Assembly (NCBI GenBank): GCA_025340205.1
Contig: CP006868.1
Span: 1,320,001 to 1,352,000, forward strand
Length of the DNA: 32,000 nt
Source: Ignicoccus pacificus DSM 13166
GTDB taxonomy: Archaea; Thermoproteota; Thermoprotei_A; Sulfolobales; Ignicoccaceae
Reading direction: 5' to 3'
The notes under the pieces are model-generated. The model ran no database searches. It saw only the letters and a program-made list of their open reading frames with translations, and had not been told where the DNA came from. Below, in pieces: positions 9,143 to 18,736 of this stretch; position 1 is the first letter of the stretch; each line of letters begins with the position of its first letter. The position numbers and the translations under genes were made by a program.

Positions 9143-10162
9143 TCACCTGATGGGAATTGAACGAATAACCCTTACCTCTCTTCCGTTGACCGTATGGATT
9201 GTGACAACCCTCCTCTTGACTATAGCGCCCGCTCTGAGAGCCAAGCGGGGGAGCTCTCTGATCCTTTCTCTTTTTGAAGGTTCTTCATATGTTCTAAAGT
9301 GAGAGATATACGGATCGCTCAAGGGATGACCTACTACTTCATTTGTATCTATGCCGACGTCTAGAGGGGTCTCAGCTATTATTAGGTTCTTATCGGATTC
9401 ATGCTTACACAAGCATTCGAGCGCCCCCATGGTCTTGCCCTCACTCTTTATATAATAGAATGAGCTTCTCGGTCCCACCCTTAAGACCCCTTCGAAGTCG
9501 ACTTCCTTGTTCACCAACACGATCACTCTGGGAGCTTCTCTCTCGCTTAAGGCGTGGAAGTCCAAGTACGTTAAGGAGTGTAGCATACCAAAGGCGTTTA
9601 CTCCAAAGGCGTTGGAGTCCGCTGTTTTTGTATAGGGATTCAAGGCTACGTGAGTTGTCTTCTTAGCTATCTCGTTTACTTTTATCAAGCACTTTTTCTC
9701 AAGTTTCTTCCTAAGCTCACTCTTCTCTATTATAGATCTTCTTAAGTATCTCAAGGAGCTTACCTCATTGTCTGACTTGTTTCCCTCGCTCCATTCTGTC
9801 AGCCTCAAGTACTCGTCGAGACAATGACTTACTTCGTTCCCTTCCGCTACCTTTAGCAGTCCCTCGTAGACGTTAGCATAAACTTCCTTTCCAATTGCTA
9901 AGAAGGGGCCACAAAAGCTGACGCCTTCCTCTATTCCTAAGATCTTCAGAGCTTGGCTAAGCACCAGCTCCTCCCAAGTCTCCCCAGCTCCTCCGATCCC
10001 GGAGCTCCACGCCTCGTTGGCCAGAGCCCCGAAGAAGGTCTCAATCCTGAAGAGAGGAGTTATCTCGTGTCTTGTGGCTCCGGGACCGGGATAGAACGGC
10101 AATCTCTCTCCCACGGTCTTGGAAGCAATCATGCCGAGAGGGTATAAGGAGATCTCATGCAC
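9143..10162 (-). CDS. cmr3: Type III-B CRISPR RAMP protein Cmr3
   Basis: 339 aa next to cas10. N-terminal TRHEITPLFRIETFFGALANEAW; RVGPRSSFYYIKSEGKT; C-terminal LRAGAIVKRR. Start overlaps the cas10 stop by 8 nt. Confidence 0.7.
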   Translation of the reverse strand: MHEISLYPLGMIASKTVGERLPFYPGPGATRHEITPLFRIETFFGALANEAWSSGIGGAGETWEELVLSQALKILGIEEGVSFCGPFLAIGKEVYANVYEGLLKVAEGNEVSHCLDEYLRLTEWSEGNKSDNEVSSLRYLRRSIIEKSELRKKLEKKCLIKVNEIAKKTTHVALNPYTKTADSNAFGVNAFGMLHSLTYLDFHALSEREAPRVIVLVNKEVDFEGVLRVGPRSSFYYIKSEGKTMGALECLCKHESDKNLIIAETPLDVGIDTNEVVGHPLSDPYISHFRTYEEPSKRERIRELPRLALRAGAIVKRRVVTIHTVNGREVRVIRSIPIR

Positions 10163-13100
10163 CGCTCCTCACCTCGGAGTCATAGCTTATCCTGAGCGCC
10201 TCCAACAAGTCACTAACTTCCTTCAATGAACCTACTTCGAGAAGGTACTTTACCTTTTCCCTAGTCCTTCCCCTTGAATGATTCTCCGCCAACCTCTCGA
10301 TGATCCCTCTCACCAAGCTTTCATCTAACTCCTCCCTTCCCAAGAGTTCGTTTAGCAGCCTCTCCCCCAAGTAAGTGCTCAGACCCCTAGCCAAGGCAAC
10401 GGAGACCTTGCCTTCTTCTATTAAGGCTAACAGGGAGCTCAGCCTTACCCCTAACTCTCCAGCCTTCCCTATTGTCCATCTATTGAGAATCTCCGGCTTA
10501 AACATGTCCAAGGTCACGGACGCTCCCTCCGCGACCTCCGAAGGCTTGTTGGGAGCTCCTCTTCCCATTCCCAAAGTCAAGGAACTTCCCCCGTTATCTT
10601 TAGAGAGCTCCAAGAGCTCCTCAGCTATCTCCAGCTCCGCGTACAAGTGATCCTTGTAATGGGCGAACCTCAAACCTTCGCTCAAGCCGGAGGCTACCAA
10701 GGCCGGTATCCTGCCTACTACCTTCTCCCCCTCTCTAAGAGGGTGGAAGCCGGGATAGCGGGAGTGGGCGGCCCATCCTATTCTCTTAAGGAGTATAGCT
10801 AGGTTCAAGCCTTGATTGTTGCCTAGCTCGAGATCCTCCGCTCTGTCTAAAGCAGAGAGTAAGTTCGCCTTGTACCTCTCCCTTATAGTCTCCTCGTCCT
10901 CTTCTTCCTCGCTCAAGTTGAGGAGCTCCCACGGGAGCCAGGAGGGAGCTACCGCTAATCCCTCGTCTCCGGCCATGAAGATGGGAATTCCTCCCAAGCT
11001 CGTGGTTACCCTTACCCATCTCATCACCGTGAAATTAGTGCTGTTAGACATGGTGTAGAGATAAGATGGAACGGAGGGGTAGGTGCTGTATTTCTGGTAT
11101 TCCTCAGCGTTCTTGAGAGCTCTCTCCTTGAATTTCGAGAGCTCCTCCACCTCTCCCTTGCGGTCATTGCAAGTCACTACCTCGCAGAGGGTCTCAACCA
11201 AGCTCTCGACGTAGTCCTTAAAGTACATAATGCCTTCTTCCTTCTTCACCTTCTTCGGCCTCTTCGGGATTATTCCTATTTTAACCAAAGTCAAATTGTC
11301 ATAGTCGAACCTTATTATAGAATAGTAATTCCTCGGCTTCTTGAGGACGTCCTTGATAACGCCTATCCTCCTCTTAATCCCTGGATCATTCTTTTTCATA
11401 TCAATTCTTTCAGCCATGTTCTTTAGTATCTCTCTGAACTTGCTATTTCCATAGTAGATCTGATAGAAGGGTATGTCTACGGTAAGCATAGCGGTAAGCA
11501 AGCGTTTGTATAGCTTTTTCCTATTATCTTCATCGATATTTGAGGACTCTATTGCTTTAATCACTTTCCCTATCTTTAGGTACAAGATGTAGGGGATCCA
11601 CCACCTTTCCTTATAATACCTTTCAACAGCTTCCTTGAATTTGTCATCTTTGGCAACTTTTAGTACCTCGTTTCTTGCCTTGCTTACAGTTGGAAAGCTT
11701 GAAACCAAGTCATAGAGTTCGTCCCACGTAGATTCGCTAATCTTTACCCTATCCTTGGCTTCAAGCTCAACCAAGTCCAGCAATGCCATCCTAGTAGCGA
11801 GAGCAGCTATGTCATCAGTTGCCGGGAAGGTGACCCTCCTGAGAGGAGGATATCCTATCAGCTTCTCAGCTACCTTCGAGAAGTAGGGATCCAGCTCAGC
11901 TAATCTCTTAACTAAGCAGTGAGGGCAGAGCCTCTCTCCGGGCCTGAAGATGGACCTCACGGCCTTCCAAGGCTCGTCAAGACCTTTCACGATGCACTTC
12001 GAGAACTCCTTGAAGTCCTCACTAACCTCATTGTTAGGTAGATCCCTTCCAGGAACGGCGAAGACCCCCATTCCGTACTTACAGACGGAGCAATACCTCC
12101 AGTTCTCTCTTTCCTTAAACTTAAAGGTTCTATTTAATACCCTATCCCTCTCGATAATGCGCTTCTCTAAGTCCACGTTCCTAGCTAGTCCCTTCCAAGA
12201 AGCTCTAGGATCCTTCTTTACCTTTTCCTTCTTTTCTTCTATATCCTTTAGGAGGAACTCGTACCACGTCTTGAGCCATTCCTTTACAAAATCATCTCCG
12301 GGTGTTGTATTAATATCCTTGACCACAACTAAAGGTTCAGCGAATGGAATCTCCTCTATCTCCCTAAACACATCCTCTAAGAAGTCCAAGAACATAGGAT
12401 TTATGAAGTCAGTCTTACCTTCCTTTTCGTAAATTCCTTCCAGAATCCTCTTCCATCCTTCAATTATTTTATTCTTAAAGTACTTTTCTAACTTCTCTAA
12501 CCTCTTCTTTCTCGCTTCTTCAGAGTCGTCGGTTGTGTCATCCGTCTCTTTATGTATCTTTTTAGGTAGTTCTGGTAAGAGCAATATAGCGAAGGCTGGA
12601 TTTACTGGATAGTAGGGGAATCCCTCCCACAAGGTGACCTTCTTCAGGTACTCTTCAATTAACGAGAACTTGTCCTCTCCCAACTTCTCCCGGAGCAAGG
12701 AGAAGTAGAAGGGGTTCCAACGTGAGGAGGGGACCAGCAAGGAATCGGGGCCGAACTCCCAAACGGCTTCCTTTACGGCATACCAGACCAGAGCGCTGGA
12801 GAGCCAAGAGGAGATCCAAGCGTCCGAGAGCTTCCTGGATCCCTTTATCCACTCCTTGAATCCCGTAAGACCCACGTAGACTAGGTATCCCTTGGGTCTG
12901 CTGTTCTTTTCTTTTATTAAACTTGCTATCGCGGAGGTGGCGAAGGCGTGGTCGAAGACGCTATGAATGGGCACTCTAGTGTCAGCGGGCCCCCAAGCTC
13001 CCGTTCGGAGCAGCCAAAGGGGCTCCAAGATCGTCATGAGAACGTGAACGAACCTCCTAAGGTTCTCCTCATGGTCCTCGTGCTTTGAAGCCTCCTTCGC

Positions 13101-13604
13101 AACGCCTATCGCTTCCATGAGTACTTGAAGCACCTTCGCCTCACTTAGCTCCTCCCTCCTTGCGCTGGACCTAGCGTAGAGGTTCGGCCTGAATATGTTA
13201 GCTAAGGTCTTGGCGGGAGAGAGGAATCTAATATCTTCAGCCTTGTTTTTATCATCCTTCTTTAGCACTAACCTATCTATGGAAGCTGAGTATCCATCGG
13301 CCTCTTTGACGATGTCCCAGAGCTCACCAAAGTCCTCTTTGTTAACATTGTAGCCAAGTTCCTTAAGGAGGCTTAATACACAGCCAATTATGGAAAGGCC
13401 TTCCGTTTCGTGAACGGACTTATCCTCAGTTAGGGCATGGTCTATCTTTTCTCTAACTCTAACATCATACTCCGGAAGGCAGAAGGGACCCCGCTCGAGG
13501 AGTCCTCCCACTCTGTAAGCCTTCCAAGGAGGGTCGTGGAAGAGCGCTATCAATTTCTTTATAAATAGATTCTTTGTAAACTCTATAAATGGATCATCGG
13601 TCAA
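10155..13604 (-). CDS. cas10/cmr2: Cas10/Cmr2, type III CRISPR-Cas large subunit
   Basis: 1149 aa (TTG start). HD-region hallmarks KKLIALFHDPPWKAY and DTRVPIHSVFDHAFATSA, zinc finger CSVCKYG...CPHC, and palm-like IFMAGDEGLAVAPSW at the expected GGDD position. Confidence 0.9.
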   Translation of the reverse strand: MTDDPFIEFTKNLFIKKLIALFHDPPWKAYRVGGLLERGPFCLPEYDVRVREKIDHALTEDKSVHETEGLSIIGCVLSLLKELGYNVNKEDFGELWDIVKEADGYSASIDRLVLKKDDKNKAEDIRFLSPAKTLANIFRPNLYARSSARREELSEAKVLQVLMEAIGVAKEASKHEDHEENLRRFVHVLMTILEPLWLLRTGAWGPADTRVPIHSVFDHAFATSAIASLIKEKNSRPKGYLVYVGLTGFKEWIKGSRKLSDAWISSWLSSALVWYAVKEAVWEFGPDSLLVPSSRWNPFYFSLLREKLGEDKFSLIEEYLKKVTLWEGFPYYPVNPAFAILLLPELPKKIHKETDDTTDDSEEARKKRLEKLEKYFKNKIIEGWKRILEGIYEKEGKTDFINPMFLDFLEDVFREIEEIPFAEPLVVVKDINTTPGDDFVKEWLKTWYEFLLKDIEEKKEKVKKDPRASWKGLARNVDLEKRIIERDRVLNRTFKFKERENWRYCSVCKYGMGVFAVPGRDLPNNEVSEDFKEFSKCIVKGLDEPWKAVRSIFRPGERLCPHCLVKRLAELDPYFSKVAEKLIGYPPLRRVTFPATDDIAALATRMALLDLVELEAKDRVKISESTWDELYDLVSSFPTVSKARNEVLKVAKDDKFKEAVERYYKERWWIPYILYLKIGKVIKAIESSNIDEDNRKKLYKRLLTAMLTVDIPFYQIYYGNSKFREILKNMAERIDMKKNDPGIKRRIGVIKDVLKKPRNYYSIIRFDYDNLTLVKIGIIPKRPKKVKKEEGIMYFKDYVESLVETLCEVVTCNDRKGEVEELSKFKERALKNAEEYQKYSTYPSVPSYLYTMSNSTNFTVMRWVRVTTSLGGIPIFMAGDEGLAVAPSWLPWELLNLSEEEEDEETIRERYKANLLSALDRAEDLELGNNQGLNLAILLKRIGWAAHSRYPGFHPLREGEKVVGRIPALVASGLSEGLRFAHYKDHLYAELEIAEELLELSKDNGGSSLTLGMGRGAPNKPSEVAEGASVTLDMFKPEILNRWTIGKAGELGVRLSSLLALIEEGKVSVALARGLSTYLGERLLNELLGREELDESLVRGIIERLAENHSRGRTREKVKYLLEVGSLKEVSDLLEALRISYDSEVRSGA

Positions 13605-13758
13605 AACGTGCCCCTTTTTGGTAATAGAAGGAGCGGTAAAGAGCGATCTTCAACAAGCAGTTGAGGCCTCGAAGGAATGAAGGCATTCTTTCTCCTTGAT
13701 ATCAACGAATAAACTCCTCACTTGATATAGCTCCTCTCCCAAGGTCCTGGGGACCTCA

Positions 13759-15969
13759 ATGAAGGCTTACCGACTGGTCGTTAGAGGCTTGGTCCAGGGG
13801 GTGGGCTTCAGGCCAGATGTTGCAAGAATCGCCAACTCCTTGAACCTTAAGGGATACGTCAAGAACGTCTCCGGAGGTTCCGTGGAGATATGGGTTGAGG
13901 GAGAGAGGGTAGAGGAGTTCTTGGAAGCTCTCAAGTCCTTCCCCAGACCGGCTATAATTGAGGAGATGAAGGTAGAGGAAGTTATAGCAAAAGGCTTCGA
14001 TAAGTTCTTCATTGCTAAGAGCGAGGGAGTTGGCACAAGGTCCCAAGTACCTCCTGACTTCGGAATTTGTGAAAACTGCTTGAGGGAGGTGCTGAACCCC
14101 TTCTCGAGGAGGTTTGGCTACGCGCTCAACTCTTGCGCGAAGTGCGGGCCTAGGTTTTCCATGCTTTACTCCCTTCCATACGATAGAGGAAATACGTCGA
14201 TGAGGTACTTTCCCTTATGCGCAGAGTGTCAGAGAGAGTACGAGGATCCAAGGGATAGAAGGTACCACGCTCAAGGAATCTCGTGCGCTAAGTGCGGACC
14301 TGAGGTAAAGCTGCTCGACTCCGAGGGGAGGAGGGTTCTAGTTAGAGATCCCATAAGGGAGGCCTCAAAGCTGATAGATGAGGGCTTCATAGTTGCGATA
14401 AAGGGAATGGGAGGGTACCATCTAGCGGTCAAGGCCACCGAGGACGCCCCCGTTAGGGAGCTCCGGAAGAGGAAGAACAGGCCGAGAAAGCCCTTCGCCT
14501 TAATGGCTTTAAATATTGAAGTGATGAATGAAATAGTAGAGGTAAAGTATGAAGATGTCTTGAACTCCCCCGAGGCACCCATCCTACTCCTTCCGAAGAA
14601 GAAGCCCTCTCCTCTAAGCGACTTGGTGGCCCCCGGCCACGAGCTGATAGGTGTGATGAGGGCTTATACTGCAATGCACTACTTGGTTCTAATGAATACC
14701 GAGGACAAGTACTCGGTAATGACGTCGGCAAATCCGACGGGCAAGCCAACTTGCGTTACAAAGGAGTGCGTGATCGAGATGGAGGTAGCTGACTTCATAC
14801 TTGAACATGATAGGGAGATAGTCCACAGAGTGGACGACTCCGTAATGAGGGTAACGGATGGGGACTTGGTCTTCCTCAGGAGGTCGAGGGGATATGCCCC
14901 CAAGTGGATAGAACTTCCTTGGAATCTCCCGGAGCTCGTGGCTCTGGGAGCGGAGCTTCAAAACGCTGGAGCGATAAGCTTCGAGAACAAGGTGATCTTA
15001 ACGCAATACATAGGGGACACCGACGAGCTTGAAGCCTTGGAGTTCCTCGAAAATGAGCTGAAATGGTTCATGGAGCAGTATTCCCTAAAGCCATTAGCTG
15101 TGGTCTCGGACCTCCACCCACTCTACAACACCACGAACTTGGCTCAGAACTTGAGCGAGGAATTGGGGATAGAGCACGTTCAAGTGCAACACCATCACGC
15201 GCACGTAGCTTCCGCCATGGCCGAGTGGGGAGAGGAGGAGGGAGTTGGAATAGCCGTCGACGGAACCGGCTATGGTACTGACGGTATGATTTGGGGAGGG
15301 GAGGTGCTCAAGGTAGAAGGAGATAGGTTCGATAGGGTCTGCCACTTGAGCTACTTCCCCTTGCCGGGAGGAGATAGGGCGGCCAAGTATCCCGCCAGGA
15401 TAGCGCTGGCCATATTGGATATAATAGGGGAGCTTAACGAGGATCTGTTGAAGGAGTTGGCCTTGAGGCTCCCGGGAGGGGAGCTGGAGGCTAGGATAGC
15501 CTTGAAGCAAGCTAAGAGTTCGATCTTCACCTCCTCTGCGGGAAGGCTCTTAGACGCCGCCTCCGCCCTCCTCGGGATCTCTTGGGAGAGGAGCTACGAG
15601 GGAGAGCCGGCCATGCTCTTAGAGGCCAAGTCCTTCGGAGGAGAGCTCATAGAGAGGATAGAGGCAGTTAGGGGAAGCGAGGTGGACGTGGGAGAGCTCT
15701 TCAGATGGCTGCTTGAAGCTAGGAAGAAGTACAAGCTGAAGGACGTGGCTTACACCTTCCAATATAACGTAGGATATAACTTAGGGCTCTGCATGAGGGA
15801 CTATGACCTTCCCAAGTTCATGTCCGGGGGAGCTGCGGTCAACGAGCCCATGGTAAAAGGGGCTAGGGAGGCCTCCGGGGAGGTGAGGCTTCCGAGGAGG
15901 GTTCCCACGGGAGACGGGGGAATAGCGCTTGGCCAAATAGCGGTAGCCTCCTTCAGACTGTGGACTTGA
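13759..15969 (+). CDS. hypF: Carbamoyltransferase HypF ([NiFe]-hydrogenase maturation)
   Basis: 736 aa. Acylphosphatase-like N-terminus (RGLVQGVGFRPDVARIA), paired zinc motifs (CENC, CAKCGPRF, CAECQ, CAKCGP), YrdC-like domain, and Kae1-like VQHHHAHVASAMAEW with AVDGTGYGTDG. Confidence 0.97.
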   Translation: MKAYRLVVRGLVQGVGFRPDVARIANSLNLKGYVKNVSGGSVEIWVEGERVEEFLEALKSFPRPAIIEEMKVEEVIAKGFDKFFIAKSEGVGTRSQVPPDFGICENCLREVLNPFSRRFGYALNSCAKCGPRFSMLYSLPYDRGNTSMRYFPLCAECQREYEDPRDRRYHAQGISCAKCGPEVKLLDSEGRRVLVRDPIREASKLIDEGFIVAIKGMGGYHLAVKATEDAPVRELRKRKNRPRKPFALMALNIEVMNEIVEVKYEDVLNSPEAPILLLPKKKPSPLSDLVAPGHELIGVMRAYTAMHYLVLMNTEDKYSVMTSANPTGKPTCVTKECVIEMEVADFILEHDREIVHRVDDSVMRVTDGDLVFLRRSRGYAPKWIELPWNLPELVALGAELQNAGAISFENKVILTQYIGDTDELEALEFLENELKWFMEQYSLKPLAVVSDLHPLYNTTNLAQNLSEELGIEHVQVQHHHAHVASAMAEWGEEEGVGIAVDGTGYGTDGMIWGGEVLKVEGDRFDRVCHLSYFPLPGGDRAAKYPARIALAILDIIGELNEDLLKELALRLPGGELEARIALKQAKSSIFTSSAGRLLDAASALLGISWERSYEGEPAMLLEAKSFGGELIERIEAVRGSEVDVGELFRWLLEARKKYKLKDVAYTFQYNVGYNLGLCMRDYDLPKFMSGGAAVNEPMVKGAREASGEVRLPRRVPTGDGGIALGQIAVASFRLWT

Positions 15970-16810
15970 CCTTCTCTATGGTCCTCTGAAGGTACTCCCA
16001 CTCGGGCTCCAGCTCATACTTCTTTATTATCTCTGGAATCCTCTTGCTCAGCTTCTCGTTCTTCCTCTTCACAGGTTTCGGAGGGTTCTCTTTAGCATAT
16101 TCCTCGAAGTTGGGGAGCTTCAAGAAGGTCTTAGGTTCTTCGTAGACCAAAAGCCTCTCCTCGTCGACTTTCCTTACGGCATGGTAGTTAGCTAATATCC
16201 AGTATACCATGAAGGCCTCGAAGAGGTCTTGATACCTTACTTCGTACTTGCACTTAGTTAGTTGCATTAGCTTCCCAGCTATTTCATTTACACTCATCAT
16301 GTAAACTTGGAGCTTGGCCAAAGAAGACACCAAGTTCTTTAACAATGGGACGTCGTTATCCCTTAACTCGGCTATCCATCCGGTTAGCTTCCATATCATC
16401 CTGGGAGATAGGAGGACCTCCTTCAACGAAAGGTAGACGCTGACGGGGTCCCTAACTATATGGTAGGGTTCCCACTCCTTGGTGATCAAGGGTTCATCCA
16501 AATACAAATGTAAAGTTATCTCCTTGAACGGTATTCCCTTTATCTTCTCCAGAAAGTCCAATACCATTATCCTAGGCCAGAAGACGTTGAGCTCAGCTAC
16601 CTCTCCCAACTTCCTCAAGCTGTAGGCGGGGGAGGAGAGTATTATGGAGTGCTTGTTCACTCCGTCCGGCAAGGATTTCTCACAGACGAGGGCAGAGACG
16701 GGCTCGAAGAGGGCGTAAGGGTTCCACTTCTTCAGATAGCGGTAGAGGTAGGTCGTTCCGGATCTCGGACTGCCGTTGATCAGTATTGGCTTTTCCAAGT
16801 TCTTCATCAT
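15953..16810 (-). CDS. Sulfotransferase-family protein
   Basis: 285 aa. PAPS-loop-like PILINGSPRSGTTYLYRYL and 3'-phosphate-binding-like YHIVRDPVSVYLS. Confidence 0.8.
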   Translation of the reverse strand: MMKNLEKPILINGSPRSGTTYLYRYLKKWNPYALFEPVSALVCEKSLPDGVNKHSIILSSPAYSLRKLGEVAELNVFWPRIMVLDFLEKIKGIPFKEITLHLYLDEPLITKEWEPYHIVRDPVSVYLSLKEVLLSPRMIWKLTGWIAELRDNDVPLLKNLVSSLAKLQVYMMSVNEIAGKLMQLTKCKYEVRYQDLFEAFMVYWILANYHAVRKVDEERLLVYEEPKTFLKLPNFEEYAKENPPKPVKRKNEKLSKRIPEIIKKYELEPEWEYLQRTIEKVKSTV

Positions 16811-16907
16811 TTAGCGCCCCCTCGCTCTCCCATGACCTCTCTTTTAAGGGTGAACGGGTCAATGACAAAGATATAGCTGTCCCTTCGACACCGTAACGGT
16901 TAGGAGG

Positions 16908-17699
16908 ATGAAGAAGGTAACCATTAGGGATGTTATGAAAAAGTACAAGAAAGGGGAGCGAATAGTTATGGTCACCGCCTACGACTACTCATTTGCGAGG
17001 CTCGTGGACCAAGCTGGTGTGGACATGATATTAGTTGGGGACTCCCTAGGTATGGTAGTCTTAGGGTACCCCTCAACAAATCAAGTTACCATGGAGGACA
17101 TGGTTTCCCACGTGGCAGCGGTGGCTAGAGCTAACCCAAGAGCCATGATAGTTGGAGATATGCCCTTCGGAAGCTATGAAGCTTCGAACGAGGAGGCGGT
17201 TAGGAACGCCGTGGCCTTGATAAGGGCTGGGGCTGAGGCGGTTAAGCTTGAGGGTGGAAGGGAGATAGCGGAGAGGGTTAGGGCAATAGTTAACGCCGGA
17301 ATACCGGTAATGGGCCACCTAGGCCTGACCCCTCAGAAGAGGCACATCCTAGGAGGGTATCGATTAAGGGGCAAGACAGAAGAAGAGGTTCAAGAGATGA
17401 TTGAGGATGCCAAGGCCTTAGAGGAGGCGGGAGCCTTCTCCATAGTCCTCGAGTTCGTAAAGAGTGAAGCCGCTAAGAGGATAACCGAGAGCGTCAACAT
17501 ACCTACCATATGCATAGGAGCTGGGCCTCACTGCTCCGGTCAAGTGCTGGTAATCCACGACATCCTAGGCTTAGCGCCCTTCTCGCCACCCTTCGCGAAG
17601 AAGTACTTCGACTGCGCTAACGCAATAGTAAAGGCAGTGAAGGAGTTCGCTGAGGAGGTTAGGGAAGGAAAGTTCCCTGGCGAAGAACATAGCTTCTAA
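16908..17699 (+). CDS. panB: 3-methyl-2-oxobutanoate hydroxymethyltransferase
   Basis: 263 aa. MVTAYDYSFARLVDQAGVDMILVGDSLGMVVLGY, VKLEGG, GHLGLTPQ. Confidence 0.95.
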   Translation: MKKVTIRDVMKKYKKGERIVMVTAYDYSFARLVDQAGVDMILVGDSLGMVVLGYPSTNQVTMEDMVSHVAAVARANPRAMIVGDMPFGSYEASNEEAVRNAVALIRAGAEAVKLEGGREIAERVRAIVNAGIPVMGHLGLTPQKRHILGGYRLRGKTEEEVQEMIEDAKALEEAGAFSIVLEFVKSEAAKRITESVNIPTICIGAGPHCSGQVLVIHDILGLAPFSPPFAKKYFDCANAIVKAVKEFAEEVREGKFPGEEHSF

Positions 17700-17766
17700 C
17701 ATGAGAGTGTGAGGAGAGATATAATGGACACAAATAGGAACAATTAGTTACAGAGAGTGAGAAGAG

Positions 17767-18198
17767 ATGCCATGCCCGTATCTGAAGAAGGGATTGCTTA
17801 GCGCCCGGTGTACGGTGACGGGCAAGGTAGTCAACTTGAAGAAGGCGCCGTGCTTGAAGGACTACCATCTCTGCCCGATATACCGCAAGACCGTGGAGGA
17901 GAAGAGGGAAGAAGCTAAGGCAGCCGCGAAGGTAGTGGAAGCGAGGTTGAGGAAGAAGGAGCCAGAGAGGGTCAAGGAGGAAGTCATACACGAGGTCGAC
18001 GAAGGGAACAAGCTACCAAAGGAGGAGGTGAAGGAGGAAAAGGTGGAGGAAGTGGCAGAGGCTCCGCCGGGAGTGGAGTGCGGCAAGTGCTTGTACTATT
18101 CCAGCCTTACTGGATTGTGTATAAAGATGATGAAGAAGGTAGAGGATCCGAAGAAGCCGCCGTGTGGAGGGAAGTACTTTAAACAATCATCTTCTTAA
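17767..18198 (+). CDS. Cys-rich hypothetical protein with two Cys clusters joined by a charged helix
   Basis: 143 aa. N-terminal CPYLKKGLLSARCTVTGKVVNLKKAPCLKDYHLCP and C-terminal CGKCLYYSSLTGLCIKMMKKVEDPKKPPCGG. Confidence 0.65.
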   Translation: MPCPYLKKGLLSARCTVTGKVVNLKKAPCLKDYHLCPIYRKTVEEKREEAKAAAKVVEARLRKKEPERVKEEVIHEVDEGNKLPKEEVKEEKVEEVAEAPPGVECGKCLYYSSLTGLCIKMMKKVEDPKKPPCGGKYFKQSSS

Positions 18199-18736
18199 TT
18201 TCCATTCCTCCTCTTCTTAACGTGTACAACCTCAGCTCCCAGTTCGGTAAGTAGAGCTCCATGAACGTTGGGTCCCCTCCTAAGGAGCTTCCTCCCCAAG
18301 CGCCGGTAACCGAGCCTGGGTTCAAGTGGAGCACTCCCATCTCCTTGGCCACTAAGGGCTTGTGCAAGTGACCGTGAACTATTATTGATGCGTTGTACTC
18401 CTTCGCTATCTCGCTCAGAGCCTTCAAGTTTCCTCTAGGCCTCACTTGATGTCCGTGGAGGAGCAAGACCCTCTTCCCATCTAGCTCCACTATCTTCATG
18501 TCCGGCAGGGGCAAGTAGTCCATGTTTCCTCTGACCACGTGGACCTCCTTCCCCAAGCTGTCTAGCAAGCTCAGCACCTCTTCCCCGGTTAGGTCTCCAG
18601 CGTACAAAACTAGGTCGTAGGGCTTGTTCTCCCAGAGATGCTCTAGGATCTTCTTAGGTATCTCCTTCTCTCTGTCCGGCACGTGGGCGTCGGAGAGTAT
18701 TAGGACCTTCACCTTCCCTCCCCGCAGATCTCCCAC
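18179..18736 (-). CDS. YfcE/MJ0936-type metallophosphoesterase
   Basis: LILSDAHVPDR, VLYAGDLTGEE, VRGNMDY, IIVHGHLHKPLVAKEMGVLHLNPGSVT. Confidence 0.93.
   Translation of the reverse strand: MGDLRGGKVKVLILSDAHVPDREKEIPKKILEHLWENKPYDLVLYAGDLTGEEVLSLLDSLGKEVHVVRGNMDYLPLPDMKIVELDGKRVLLLHGHQVRPRGNLKALSEIAKEYNASIIVHGHLHKPLVAKEMGVLHLNPGSVTGAWGGSSLGGDPTFMELYLPNWELRLYTLRRGGMEIKKMIV

Noticed and set aside
10375-13604. Plus-strand and alternate-frame ORFs inside cas10 (10375, 10786, 10816, 11950, 12655)
   Set aside because: Shadow frames over a well-supported Cas10 ORF.
13605-13758. Possible CRISPR leader or array next to cas10
   Set aside because: Only short palindromes (GAATG-AAGG-CATTC, TTGATATCAA) and one GGTCC-TGG-GGACC hairpin; no repeated 20-40-nt unit with spacers. 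Likely an ordinary divergent promoter region.
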